Below, piece after piece: positions 43,671-53,623 of a stretch of 64,000 nt of DNA. Under the pieces are notes generated by a model. The model saw only the letters and a list, made by a program, of their open reading frames with translations, did not search any database and was not told where the DNA came from. Position numbers and translations under genes: made by a program. The stretch comes from a virus. Positions within the stretch are counted from its first letter, which is position 1; each line of letters starts with the position of its first letter. Location: positions 1 through 64,000 of the IMG/VR virus record IMGVR_UViG_3300036985_003303. One strand, 5' to 3'.

Positions 43671-46405
43671 TGGAAATATTAAATGCAATAGACTTAAAAA
43701 AGGGCAAGAAAACCAAGAAAAATAGATTTGGTGTTTTTACCCAGCCCATTCAATTTGTACCATCAGATGAAAAAGATGATGAGTGGTCAAAATGGAATAT
43801 TGATTGGTTAGAGTGGCAGGGCATTAAGCAGATTGGTTCTAAAGCCAGACGCATAATGAAGAATTATAAACTTGCTAAAGGTGTAATTGATAAAACAGAT
43901 TATCTTCCGGATGTAGAGAATGATATGACAGAGATGCTTGAAACTCTTACTGAAGGACAAAATGAAGCATTGGAGTTAAAGTTTTATCCAATCATTCCTA
44001 ATCTTGTAAACACTTTAGTTTCTGAGTTTGCAAAAAGAAATACCAAAGTAGATTACCGTGCTATTGATGAGTATTCATACAATGAAGTCATGGATAAAAA
44101 AACCGAAGCTATTAGTAAAGTTTTAGTTGAGTATGCTCAGCAAAAACTTATTGCTAAAATGGTTGAAATGGGATTGGATCCAAACTCAGAAGAAGCACAA
44201 CAACAATTAAATCCTGAAGCATTAAAAAAACTTCCAGAGATTGAAGATTTTTATTCTAAAAAATATCAGACACTTGCTGAAAAATGGGCGGTAAAACAAC
44301 ATGCAATTGATGTAAACCGTTTTAAAATGGATGAGATGGAAGAAATTGCTTTCAGAGATTCATTAATTACAGACAGTGAATTTTGGCATTTTAAAATGCT
44401 AGAAGATGATTACAATATTGAATTATTAAACCCCGCACTTTCATTTTACCATAAGTCACCAAATGTACATTACATTTCTCAAGGTAACTGGGCGGGATGG
44501 ATTGACATGCTTACTATTGCAGATGTTGTAGATAAGTATGGTTACTTAATGACTGCTGAACAATTAGAATCACTTGAACTATTGCATCCAGCACGTTCAG
44601 CTAGACACATGATTGATGGTATTCCAAATGATGGTTCATTGTACAATACGGATGATACTTATGAATCTAACAGAAGATCTGGTGTAGATATGCGTAGACA
44701 TTTAGCATTTGTAGAAAACGCACATGATCCTCATGATGTTGTATCCTACATTGTTGGACAAAGTGAACATGCTGGGAATTTACATACTGTTGAATTGTTG
44801 CGCGTGTCTACATCTTATTGGAAAACTCAAAGACGCGTTGGTCAATTGACTAAAATTGATGAAGATGGTGCAGTTATTACAGAAATTATAGATGAGAACT
44901 ATGTAGTAACTACAAAGCCTGTTTACAACAAAGTATTTGAGAAAAAAGAAACTGGGGATAATTTAGTTTTTGGTGATCACATAGATTGGTTTTGGGTTAA
45001 TCAAGTATGGGGTGGAGTTAAAATTGGAAACAATAGAACCATCTTTAATACAGAAACTGACACAGATTTTGATCCAATCTATTTAGGAATTGATAGAGAT
45101 AAACCAGGCCCACTCAAATTCCAATTCCGTGGAGATAAAACTATGTATGGAGCCAAACTTCCAATTGAAGGAAGAGTGTTCTCTGATAGAAATACTAAGT
45201 CCACATCATTTGTTGATTTGCTAAAGCCCTCACAAATTGGATACAATATCTGTAACAATCAAATAGCAGATATTCTTGTAGATGAATTAGGTTCTGTAAT
45301 TGTACTTGACCAGAATGCAATTCCAAAACATTCAATGGGCGAAGACTGGGGTAAAAACAATCTTGCAAAGGCGTATGTAGCTATGAAAGATTTCTCAATG
45401 CTCCCATTAGATCCAAGTATTGCTAATACGGAAAGTGCTACAAACTTTCAGCATTATCAAGTTTTAAATCTTGAACAATCAAATAGGTTGATGTCAAGAA
45501 TCCAATTGGCTAATTACTTTAAAGCACAGGCCATGGAAGTTGTTGGTTTAAATCCACAGCGAATGGGACAACAGCTTGGACAAATAAATACAGCAACAGG
45601 AATTGAACAAGCAATGTCTGGTTCTTATGCTCAAACTGAAACTTACTTTATTCAACACAGTGATCACTTAATGCCGCGTGTACATCAAATGAGAACAGAC
45701 CTCGCACAGTTTTATCATTCAACAAAACCATCAGTTAGATTGCAAGGAATGATTTCTCCAGATGAAAGAACAAACTTTGAGATCAATGGTACAGATTTAC
45801 TATTAGTTGATTTAAATGTATTCTGTTTAACCAATGCGACTAATAGAAATACGCTTGAGCAATTAAAGCAAGTCTTTATGAGCAATAACACAACTGGTGC
45901 ATCTGTTTATGATTTAGGAGAATTAATGCAATCTGATTCAATTGGTTCACTGAATACTATTCTTAAAGGTATTGAAACTAAATCTGAAGAAAGAAGAAAA
46001 GAAGAAATGCAATCTGCACAGCAACAACAAGAAGCTGAAATTCAAGCTAGACAACAAGAAAAACAAATGGAAATGGATCATGAATCTCGCGAAAAAGAAA
46101 AAGATCGCAGATCTAGATTACTTGAAGCAGAAATCAAAGCAGCTGGTTATGGTGCTATGCAAGATGTCAATAAAAATAATCAATCTGATTTCCAAGATGT
46201 ATTGAAAGATGTTAGAGAATCTGAACAATATGCTGATACTATGAACTTTAACAAAGAAAAGGAATCTAATAAAAAAGATGTCCATCAGCAAAAGTTAGAC
46301 TTGGACAGAGAAAAAATGGTAAATGAATCAAGAAACAAACAAGTTGAATTAGCTATTGCTCAGGAAAATAAAAACAAGTTTGACCAGAAAAAACCTAGCA
46401 AATAA
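43670..46405 (+). CDS. Portal protein (crAss-like)
   Basis: 911 aa directly after TerL, YPIIPNLVN, long C-terminal coiled coil. Confidence 0.8.
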   Translation: MEILNAIDLKKGKKTKKNRFGVFTQPIQFVPSDEKDDEWSKWNIDWLEWQGIKQIGSKARRIMKNYKLAKGVIDKTDYLPDVENDMTEMLETLTEGQNEALELKFYPIIPNLVNTLVSEFAKRNTKVDYRAIDEYSYNEVMDKKTEAISKVLVEYAQQKLIAKMVEMGLDPNSEEAQQQLNPEALKKLPEIEDFYSKKYQTLAEKWAVKQHAIDVNRFKMDEMEEIAFRDSLITDSEFWHFKMLEDDYNIELLNPALSFYHKSPNVHYISQGNWAGWIDMLTIADVVDKYGYLMTAEQLESLELLHPARSARHMIDGIPNDGSLYNTDDTYESNRRSGVDMRRHLAFVENAHDPHDVVSYIVGQSEHAGNLHTVELLRVSTSYWKTQRRVGQLTKIDEDGAVITEIIDENYVVTTKPVYNKVFEKKETGDNLVFGDHIDWFWVNQVWGGVKIGNNRTIFNTETDTDFDPIYLGIDRDKPGPLKFQFRGDKTMYGAKLPIEGRVFSDRNTKSTSFVDLLKPSQIGYNICNNQIADILVDELGSVIVLDQNAIPKHSMGEDWGKNNLAKAYVAMKDFSMLPLDPSIANTESATNFQHYQVLNLEQSNRLMSRIQLANYFKAQAMEVVGLNPQRMGQQLGQINTATGIEQAMSGSYAQTETYFIQHSDHLMPRVHQMRTDLAQFYHSTKPSVRLQGMISPDERTNFEINGTDLLLVDLNVFCLTNATNRNTLEQLKQVFMSNNTTGASVYDLGELMQSDSIGSLNTILKGIETKSEERRKEEMQSAQQQQEAEIQARQQEKQMEMDHESREKEKDRRSRLLEAEIKAAGYGAMQDVNKNNQSDFQDVLKDVRESEQYADTMNFNKEKESNKKDVHQQKLDLDREKMVNESRNKQVELAIAQENKNKFDQKKPSK

Positions 46406-46533
46406 GATAATTATATGTTTTAACTATAGTATGGAAAAAACTTTTCAGTTAATCAAAAATAGTTAAACATATATTGTTTACAATTGAATAAATTTGCTTA
46501 TATTATTTATAGTCAGAACTAAAACCAACAAAG

Positions 46534-47814
46534 ATGACAGAAGAAGAAAAAGCAGCTCAAGCAGCTGCACAAAACTCTGCTACAACGGTAGCAGAGGTTG
46601 ATTTTGATAACCTGGATGATTTACTTGGAATCCCATCAGCGAGTTCAGTTATTGCTCCTGCAGAGTCCAAAAATTCAGTGTTAAAATCAGATAAAGTTGA
46701 CATATCGTTCCTAGACAAAATTGGTGATGATGATACAGAATCATTAAAAGATCCGGAGATTGCTAAAGCTGCTGTGTCTGCACTTGTTGATGATGAATTT
46801 ACTGGAGGCCCTAGTGATGCAGCTGATGCAGCTGAAGAAAAGGATAAAGGTGGAAGACCGCGTTTGACAAAGGATGCAATGATTGAAGCAGCAACTAGGT
46901 TAATTGACAAAGGAGTTCTTCAACCATTTGATGACGGAAAAGCACTTACTGATTATACAGTAGATGATTTTGAAGAACTTATTCAAGCAAACATTGATTC
47001 ACAAACAAGTGAAGTTGCACAAAATGCACCGGTTCAATTGTTTCAACAGTTGCCAGAAGAAGTTCAAGCTGTTATTCATTATGCATTGAATGGCGGTCAA
47101 GACATCAAATCAGTATTTAGTCAATTAGCTAAAGCACAAGAAACATTTGATTTGGATACTGCAAATGAGCACGACCAAGAAAGTATTGCTAGACAATACT
47201 TAAATCTTTCTGGCTTTGGTTCTGTAGAAGAAGTTGAAGATGAAATCAATGTTCTTAAAGATCGCGGAGATTTGCAAAAATATGCTGAAAGGTATAAACC
47301 AAAATTGGATGCAAGACAAGCTGAGGTAATTGAAAAAAGATTGAAAGATCAACAATCAGCTCAAGTCCGTAAAAATGACATGGAAAAAAGATACCATGAT
47401 GTTGTTTACAATACTTTAAACAACAACAACTTAAATGGTATTCCATTAAATAACAAAGTTCAAACCATGTTGTACTATGGTCTTACAGACGCTACTAAGT
47501 ATCAAGACTCAAAAGGTAATGCTACAAATGCATTAGGATACTTACTAGAGCAACATCAGTTTGGAGAAAAGGCAAATCCGTCATTGGTGGCTGAAGCATT
47601 ATGGTTACTTGCTGATCCGGTTAATTACCGTAACTCAGTAAAACAACTTGGTGCTAATGTAGCAAATTCAAATACGGTAAGGGCTTTAAGAACAGAAGAA
47701 GCTTCAAGAAATACATCATCAACTGGAATCGGGGAACAAAACACAAGTGCTAGTAGAGTGTCTAACAAAAGAGAGCCAATTAAAAGGCAAGGTAAGACAC
47801 TATTTTCTAGATAA
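46534..47814 (+). CDS. Acidic scaffolding-like protein
   Basis: Acidic, helical, between portal and capsid; TAAATTTG box at 46489. Confidence 0.55.
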   Translation: MTEEEKAAQAAAQNSATTVAEVDFDNLDDLLGIPSASSVIAPAESKNSVLKSDKVDISFLDKIGDDDTESLKDPEIAKAAVSALVDDEFTGGPSDAADAAEEKDKGGRPRLTKDAMIEAATRLIDKGVLQPFDDGKALTDYTVDDFEELIQANIDSQTSEVAQNAPVQLFQQLPEEVQAVIHYALNGGQDIKSVFSQLAKAQETFDLDTANEHDQESIARQYLNLSGFGSVEEVEDEINVLKDRGDLQKYAERYKPKLDARQAEVIEKRLKDQQSAQVRKNDMEKRYHDVVYNTLNNNNLNGIPLNNKVQTMLYYGLTDATKYQDSKGNATNALGYLLEQHQFGEKANPSLVAEALWLLADPVNYRNSVKQLGANVANSNTVRALRTEEASRNTSSTGIGEQNTSASRVSNKREPIKRQGKTLFSR

Positions 47815-47844
47815 TTAAATAGTAAACAATAAACAAATATAAAA

Positions 47845-49461
47845 ATGAGTACACCAGTTTTAAATAATGGGATGTTCCTTCGGGACAACTATTACACAGC
47901 AAGCTCTCATGTGGATTCTTACCACTTGATGAATTTGATGAAAGACACGCAACCAGATGACTTAGGACCAATTGAACTTTGGGCGCAAGTTAAAAAGTTG
48001 GAGATGCCTTTGTATCAAATGTCTTCTTTTAACGGAAAGAATGTTATTGAGGTAAACCACCCAAGAGGTGAATACAAGTGGTCAACACCTGTATCTGAAG
48101 AACTTCCTTTCATTATGGAAGATCTTGATCCATCAAACACTATCAAAGGCGTAGATGGTACTCCGTTCAAAATCAAATTGAACAAGCGTGTATTTGGACA
48201 TGGTGACATCATCACTTATGACAAATTCAATGGAAAAGAACTTTATATCACAGATGAAGACATCTTGGATATGGGTGACGGATATATCTATACAGTTCAA
48301 ATGCCGAACAACGATTCAGCTGCAACTTTTGATAACCGTTTCTTGACAAACAACACTTACTTCTTCCGTGTAGGTTCTGCGCGTGGTGAGTACGGTGAGC
48401 GTTACTCAGATCTTTCTATGACTCACACAACTCGTGAGTTCTACAACTATGTTGGTAATGCAGATGCACACGTTCACTATACAATTTCATCTAAAGTGAA
48501 ATTGATGGAGAAAGGTGGTATGCAAGCTGACGGTTCAATTCCTGTAACTGAAATTTGGAAAAACTTTGATACGTCAATGGATCCATCTATCAATACATTG
48601 GAAGGAATGGTTGCTGCTAAAGGACAAGGTTATGTGAAAAAAGCAATGGACAATGGAAACTTGGTTCGTTCTTTCATCACTAAGTTGGAAGCAGCTCACC
48701 TTTCCAAAATTGCTTATGATATTGAAACTTACCTTATGTGGGGTAAAGGTGGACGTATCAAGCAAGATGGTCCAGATGACCTTCGTTTGTCAGTTGGTTT
48801 GTGGAAACAATTAGACTTGTCTTACAAGCATGTTTACAACAAATCTGATTTCCGTCTTGACATCTTCCGTTCTGAGATTTTCAACTTCTACAATGGTAAA
48901 GTTGATTTCCAAGGACCAGATCCAAAACGTGAATTGATTGTTCAAACTGGAATGGGTGGTATGCGTATTATCAATGAAGCAATCAAGCGTGAGGCTTTTG
49001 CATCAGGATTGGTAATGAACGCAAAAGAATTGGAAGCAGTAAAAGGTTCAGGAATGGACTTGTCTTACGGTTTCTCTTTCACAAGCTACACAATTCCTTT
49101 CTTGGCAAATGTGAAGTTTGTTTTGAACCCTGCGTTTGACAACTTACAAAACAATGAGATTGAAAACCCAATCATTGATGGTTTCCGTTTGTCTTCTTAC
49201 TCATTTATCATCTTTGATATTACTGAGAATGGTCAAGACAATATCAAATTGTTGAAATGTGCTTGGAACAAGGATCTTGTTTGGAGATATGTAAATGGTT
49301 CTATGGACTATATGGGACGTACTCAAGGGTTCGCTTCATCTGGTAACTTCAATGGATACCAAATCTACATGACGCAAGCAATGCCTGCAATCAAAGTAGA
49401 AGATCCTACTAAAGTGTTGAAAATTGTTATGAGAAACCCAATCACGGGAGGTTCATTATAA
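47845..49461 (+). CDS. Major capsid protein
   Basis: 538 aa, strongly biased codon usage, canonical position, followed by a terminator. Confidence 0.8.
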   Translation: MSTPVLNNGMFLRDNYYTASSHVDSYHLMNLMKDTQPDDLGPIELWAQVKKLEMPLYQMSSFNGKNVIEVNHPRGEYKWSTPVSEELPFIMEDLDPSNTIKGVDGTPFKIKLNKRVFGHGDIITYDKFNGKELYITDEDILDMGDGYIYTVQMPNNDSAATFDNRFLTNNTYFFRVGSARGEYGERYSDLSMTHTTREFYNYVGNADAHVHYTISSKVKLMEKGGMQADGSIPVTEIWKNFDTSMDPSINTLEGMVAAKGQGYVKKAMDNGNLVRSFITKLEAAHLSKIAYDIETYLMWGKGGRIKQDGPDDLRLSVGLWKQLDLSYKHVYNKSDFRLDIFRSEIFNFYNGKVDFQGPDPKRELIVQTGMGGMRIINEAIKREAFASGLVMNAKELEAVKGSGMDLSYGFSFTSYTIPFLANVKFVLNPAFDNLQNNEIENPIIDGFRLSSYSFIIFDITENGQDNIKLLKCAWNKDLVWRYVNGSMDYMGRTQGFASSGNFNGYQIYMTQAMPAIKVEDPTKVLKIVMRNPITGGSL

Positions 49462-49476
49462 TCATATTTTATTAAC

Positions 49477-49504
49477 AAGGGAGTCATTAGTTTGGCTCCC
49501 TTTT
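49477..49504 (+). terminator. Intrinsic terminator after MCP
   Basis: AAGGGAGTCA/TGGCTCCCTT plus T. Confidence 0.75.
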
Positions 49505-49517
49505 AAACTTTAAAATC

Positions 49518-49775
49518 ATGTCAACAATCAAAGTTGGGGTATCAAGCCCAGATCCAGTATTAAATAGATCAGCTTATGCTGAATCAGCATTAGCTCGTAT
49601 TGCTCATATCAATGAAGCAGTTCGTTTAATGAAAGCAGATGTTGCAACTGTGGGTATTTTACCAGCACAACCTGCATTAACAGGAACAACAGTAGCTCCT
49701 TTGAGAGCAGAAGTTGAAGTCCGATTAGACACTATTGAAGCAAAATTAAATGCTCTTATAGCAGCATTATCTTAG
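49518..49775 (+). CDS. Small putative virion protein
   Basis: 85-aa ORF after MCP. Confidence 0.6.
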   Translation: MSTIKVGVSSPDPVLNRSAYAESALARIAHINEAVRLMKADVATVGILPAQPALTGTTVAPLRAEVEVRLDTIEAKLNALIAALS

Positions 49776-49854
49776 AAAGGTAAATTGAGGTAGCCGTTAT
49801 GCGTCTGCCTCTTTTTATTATATTTGTCAGTCATTAATAATAAACCAACCAAAA

Positions 49855-50847
49855 ATGAGTACAAAATTAGAACACATGGGAAAGGTAACAATTAAACCTT
49901 TCACCGATCCAAATCAAGAGAACATGGGACTTGAAAAATATAACTATGTTGTATTTCCTAACACGTTCCAAGTAGAATCTCTTGCTGCCGTTGAACAAAA
50001 TGGCAAAATGCGTTATTTGACAGGTCTTAATGAGTTTGCACCAGAGGTGAAACAGATTAAAGACTCCGCAAAAAAATCTGCTGTAATTAAAGACATCAGA
50101 GAAACAATTGCTTTACTTGAAAGAGAAAGAGCATTTAACCAAATTGATCCAGAGGATAAAGATTTCTGGAGCAAAGTTGAATTATTCAAGCCAAGTAATT
50201 CAGACATTTGGGGAAAAGTATTTTTGAAACTAGGCAATGATGATATTGTTTTAGATCCAAAAGAAAATTTGGACCATCTCATTATTGTTAAAGCTATTGA
50301 AAATGGAGGATTTTCATTAGTGGCTTCAAACTTTGAGGAAGCAAAAAGAACAAAAGCAAAATGGTATCTTGATAGACTGATAGATACTGTGGCAACAAGT
50401 GTGGGAATCAGCAAGTTGAAAAACAAAGCTGGAGCTTTACTGGAGCAATTATCTGAGGATAACCCAAGGAAATTGTTTTACATTGCTAAGAATATTGATG
50501 GAAACAGTCCGCAGTATTCAAACAAAACATTACCAGGAGTTATTTATGGTAACTTAGATAACTACATCAACGGTAAAGGGTTTGACAATAACATGAAGCG
50601 TTGTGCTACAACATTCATTGAAAGTTCAGAAATGAGCGTTGAGGATTTGAAAATTAAAGCAATTATCAAAGATGCAAGTTTCTACAAATTCATTATTGTA
50701 AAACCTGATGGAATGTTACACGAAGCTTCACAAAATGTGATGCTTGGTAGAAATGTATCTGACATCTTGGAATATTTGAAAAATCCAACTAATGAAGACA
50801 TGTTGGATCTTTTGATGGCAAAAGTAGAAGATATTTGGAGTAAATAA
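49855..50847 (+). CDS. Hypothetical protein, head module
   Basis: 330-aa ORF; TATATTTG box at 49819. Confidence 0.7.
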   Translation: MSTKLEHMGKVTIKPFTDPNQENMGLEKYNYVVFPNTFQVESLAAVEQNGKMRYLTGLNEFAPEVKQIKDSAKKSAVIKDIRETIALLERERAFNQIDPEDKDFWSKVELFKPSNSDIWGKVFLKLGNDDIVLDPKENLDHLIIVKAIENGGFSLVASNFEEAKRTKAKWYLDRLIDTVATSVGISKLKNKAGALLEQLSEDNPRKLFYIAKNIDGNSPQYSNKTLPGVIYGNLDNYINGKGFDNNMKRCATTFIESSEMSVEDLKIKAIIKDASFYKFIIVKPDGMLHEASQNVMLGRNVSDILEYLKNPTNEDMLDLLMAKVEDIWSK

Positions 50848-50862
50848 TTAAATTTATATATC

Positions 50863-51084
50863 ATGTCAGAATCTAAAAACAAAAAAAAAGAGTTAACTCT
50901 TAAAGAACAACAAGAAGCAGATAAAGCTTATGCAAGAAAAACTATGACTTCATCTCCAAATTCTTCTTCAAATTCTAGAGCCAATAAAGTTGTTGGTAAG
51001 TATAAAAATGGCGGATCTGTTGGTAATAAAAAAGTTATGCCTAAGAAAGCTATGGGTGGTAAAATGGGTAAAAAATCTTGTTAA
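50863..51084 (+). CDS. Small Lys-rich protein
   Basis: 73 aa, ends KYKNGG...KKAMGGKMGKKSC. Confidence 0.65.
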   Translation: MSESKNKKKELTLKEQQEADKAYARKTMTSSPNSSSNSRANKVVGKYKNGGSVGNKKVMPKKAMGGKMGKKSC

Positions 51085-51233
51085 TGTCAAAACAAGGTTT
51101 ATATTCAAACATCAATGCTAAAAGAAAAAGAATAGCATCAGGTTCCGGGGAGTCAATGAGAAAACCCGGAACTAAAGGTGCTCCAACTAAAGCAAGTTTT
51201 ATTAAGTCTGCAAAGACTGCAAAAAAGAAATAG
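51084..51233 (+). CDS. 49-aa basic protein
   Basis: MSKQGLYSNINAKRKRIASGSGESMRKPGTKGAPTKASFIKSAKTAKKK. Confidence 0.7.
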   Translation: MSKQGLYSNINAKRKRIASGSGESMRKPGTKGAPTKASFIKSAKTAKKK

Positions 51234-51235
51234 TC

Positions 51236-51358
51236 ATGGCTGTAAAGAAAGTTAAAAAAGAAAAATCAGACTGTGCAGTTAAGGTTAAAAAATCTTTTCA
51301 AGCAGGAATGATGATTGGTCGCAACATGAAAAAACCAATTACTAATAAGAAAAAGTAA
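51236..51358 (+). CDS. 40-aa basic protein
   Basis: MAVKKVKKEKSDCAVKVKKSFQAGMMIGRNMKKPITNKKK. Confidence 0.55.
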   Translation: MAVKKVKKEKSDCAVKVKKSFQAGMMIGRNMKKPITNKKK

Positions 51359-51528
51359 TGGCAAAGACGGCAATTAATTATTGGGGACTAGCAGATGAAT
51401 ATGCTACCTCAAAACATAAAATGGAAAAAGGTGATGATATTTCTAAATATGAAAGATATGAAGAAGTAAAAGAAGCTTATGAAGCCGGGTTTTTGAAAGC
51501 TGTGGAATTATTAAAAAGTGAAGACTAA
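51358..51528 (+). CDS. 56-aa hypothetical protein
   Basis: TAATG overlaps at both ends. Confidence 0.6.
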   Translation: MAKTAINYWGLADEYATSKHKMEKGDDISKYERYEEVKEAYEAGFLKAVELLKSED

Positions 51529-51800
51529 TGGCAAAGACAGCAGCTTGGACAAGAAAAGAAGGCAAGGATCCTAAAGGTGGATTAAATGCTAAAGGTGTTG
51601 CTTCATATAGAAAAGCAAATCCAGGAAGTAAATTGCAAACTGCAGTTACTACTAAACCTTCTAAGCTTAAAGCTGGAAGTAAAGATGCTAAACGAAGAAA
51701 AAGTTTTTGTGCTAGAATGTCTGGAATGCCAGGTCCTGCTAAAAAACCAAATGGAGAACCTACAAGAAAAACTCTTGCATTAAGGAAGTGGAATTGTTAA
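51528..51800 (+). CDS. Basic phage protein (AWTRKEGK...FCARM type)
   Basis: 90 aa, Lys/Arg-rich. Confidence 0.7.
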   Translation: MAKTAAWTRKEGKDPKGGLNAKGVASYRKANPGSKLQTAVTTKPSKLKAGSKDAKRRKSFCARMSGMPGPAKKPNGEPTRKTLALRKWNC

Positions 51801-51811
51801 TACAATAGATC

Positions 51812-51979
51812 ATGGCAATAAAGAAAGGAATGGGTTTTAAAGCAGCCCAAAAAGGTATAGCAAAAAAGCAAGGTGTTTCTATGGAAGCAGCCGGTGCTAT
51901 TTTGGCATCCGCTGCAAGAAAAGCATCTCCCGCGGCCAAACGCAAGAACCCAAATCTTAAAAAAGTTAAAGGGAAATGA
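51812..51979 (+). CDS. 55-aa Lys/Ala-rich protein
   Basis: MAIKKGMGFKAAQKGIAKKQGVSMEAAGAILASAARKASPAAKRKNPNLKKVKGK. Confidence 0.7.
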   Translation: MAIKKGMGFKAAQKGIAKKQGVSMEAAGAILASAARKASPAAKRKNPNLKKVKGK

Positions 51980-52905
51980 GCAAGTTAAGACCATTTGCAT
52001 TAAGAGATAAACTTGGAAATATAGTTTCTGGAAGTTTAGTTTATAGTACAACAAAACCTAAAAATGGTGATTTTTTTCTTGTTGTAGAAGGTGTTGAAAG
52101 AAATGAAATCAACCCTGGTAATTATTCAAGTATTGTCCGTCAGTATTACGGTAGTGCAACTACATCTGAAAATTTTGGAGATAAAGCAAAAGCTTTTATT
52201 TCCAGCTATGGATATGCTCCAAGTAATGTTCTATTATCTGATTCAATTTGTTCAGATGATGTAGATGGTCCTATTTATGCAGATGTAACTAACATCGGTC
52301 AAACTCCTTCATCACTTAATGAATTTTTAGGTGCATTTATGTCTGGAGGATTAGCTGGCTATCCACACACAGGTACATTAGGAATTGCTGCTTGGGCTAG
52401 TCATGCTACAACAACTACTAAAGGTGCATTGTTTTTGATTAATATGCCGCACATTGGTATTTCAATAGATAATCAAGTAGGTAGGATCAGACGAAGAGGA
52501 AAAGCAACTAATGGTGCTGATAATACATGTGGCGCAGTTGCTACAGCAATTGCTTGGGTAATGGCCAATGCCGTAGCACCAGTTGCAACAAATTTTCCAA
52601 ATGACTATCAGAACTATGTTTTGTGTAATATTCTTTTTCCTTTTAAAGCAGCTATCACAGCTTTACCAACTTATGGTGCAAGAATGATATATGCTACTGA
52701 AAAAATTAGAGTTGCAGGTGATGCATTTTTAATTGGAGCAACTGGAATTTCTGCAAATGTTCCAGCAGGTATTGATGTATTTTATTGTTCAGGAACATTT
52801 ATAAATACAGATGATACTTACAGTGCATACATTAATGTAACTTCATTTAAAAAGTTTAATGGTACTTGGAGTGACTTGACAACTGCTTTCTTAAAGACTT
52901 TATAA
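51976..52905 (+). CDS. LCIB/LCIC-family beta-carbonic anhydrase-like protein
   Basis: SICSDD (Cys, Asp), FMSGGLAGYP.TG..G..A..SH, PHIGI (His), GR.RR.G, TCGA (Cys): the LCIB motif order with all three Zn ligands. Confidence 0.8.
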   Translation: MSKLRPFALRDKLGNIVSGSLVYSTTKPKNGDFFLVVEGVERNEINPGNYSSIVRQYYGSATTSENFGDKAKAFISSYGYAPSNVLLSDSICSDDVDGPIYADVTNIGQTPSSLNEFLGAFMSGGLAGYPHTGTLGIAAWASHATTTTKGALFLINMPHIGISIDNQVGRIRRRGKATNGADNTCGAVATAIAWVMANAVAPVATNFPNDYQNYVLCNILFPFKAAITALPTYGARMIYATEKIRVAGDAFLIGATGISANVPAGIDVFYCSGTFINTDDTYSAYINVTSFKKFNGTWSDLTTAFLKTL

Positions 52906-52914
52906 TAGGAACAC

Positions 52915-53616
52915 ATGACAAATGATACTATTCAAATAAAAGTCAAACAGCGAATTAATAAATTGGCTAGTAATGACTATGACAACATTATGCCTTGGCA
53001 AATTGTTGAAGCTTTTAATAAAGCACAAGTAACTTGGTGCAGAAGAAACTTGATGGGAACTAATATGACTAAGACTGGCGATGAAGCTAGTAAAAGACGT
53101 ATTGATGATTTACAAGTTTTGCTTTCAGACAAACCATTAGCAATGGTCAAAAAGGATTTGTATTTTCAATCTCCAACTTTACCTGCAGACTATTTTGAGT
53201 GGAAAAGACTTTCCAGCAAATCAAAAAAAGATTGTTGTGATAAAAGACAAATGGTAATTTATCTTGCAGAAGAAGCAAACGTAGATGAACTTTTGAGGGA
53301 TCATAATAAAAAACCAAGTTTTGAATGGGCTGAAACTTTTGCTACAGTACTAGGAAATAAAATTAAAGTTTACACAAACAATGATTTTGAATTAGAGAGC
53401 ACAGTTTTGACTTATTACAGACAACCAAGAAGAATACAAATTCCAGGAACATCGGATCCATATACAGGACTTGTTTCAACTGTAAATGTTGAATGTGAAT
53501 TTAAAGATGACTTAGTGGAATTATTCATTGATGAATGTGTAAAAATTCTAGCAGGAGATCTTGAAGATGTTACTGCAAATCAAATTGCAGATAATTCAGT
53601 AGAAACTAATAATTAA
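52915..53616 (+). CDS. Putative head-tail connector/ring protein
   Basis: 233 aa in structural module; FNKAQ, LPADY, YYRQP pattern. Confidence 0.55.
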   Translation: MTNDTIQIKVKQRINKLASNDYDNIMPWQIVEAFNKAQVTWCRRNLMGTNMTKTGDEASKRRIDDLQVLLSDKPLAMVKKDLYFQSPTLPADYFEWKRLSSKSKKDCCDKRQMVIYLAEEANVDELLRDHNKKPSFEWAETFATVLGNKIKVYTNNDFELESTVLTYYRQPRRIQIPGTSDPYTGLVSTVNVECEFKDDLVELFIDECVKILAGDLEDVTANQIADNSVETNN

Positions 53617-53623
53617 GAATAAG

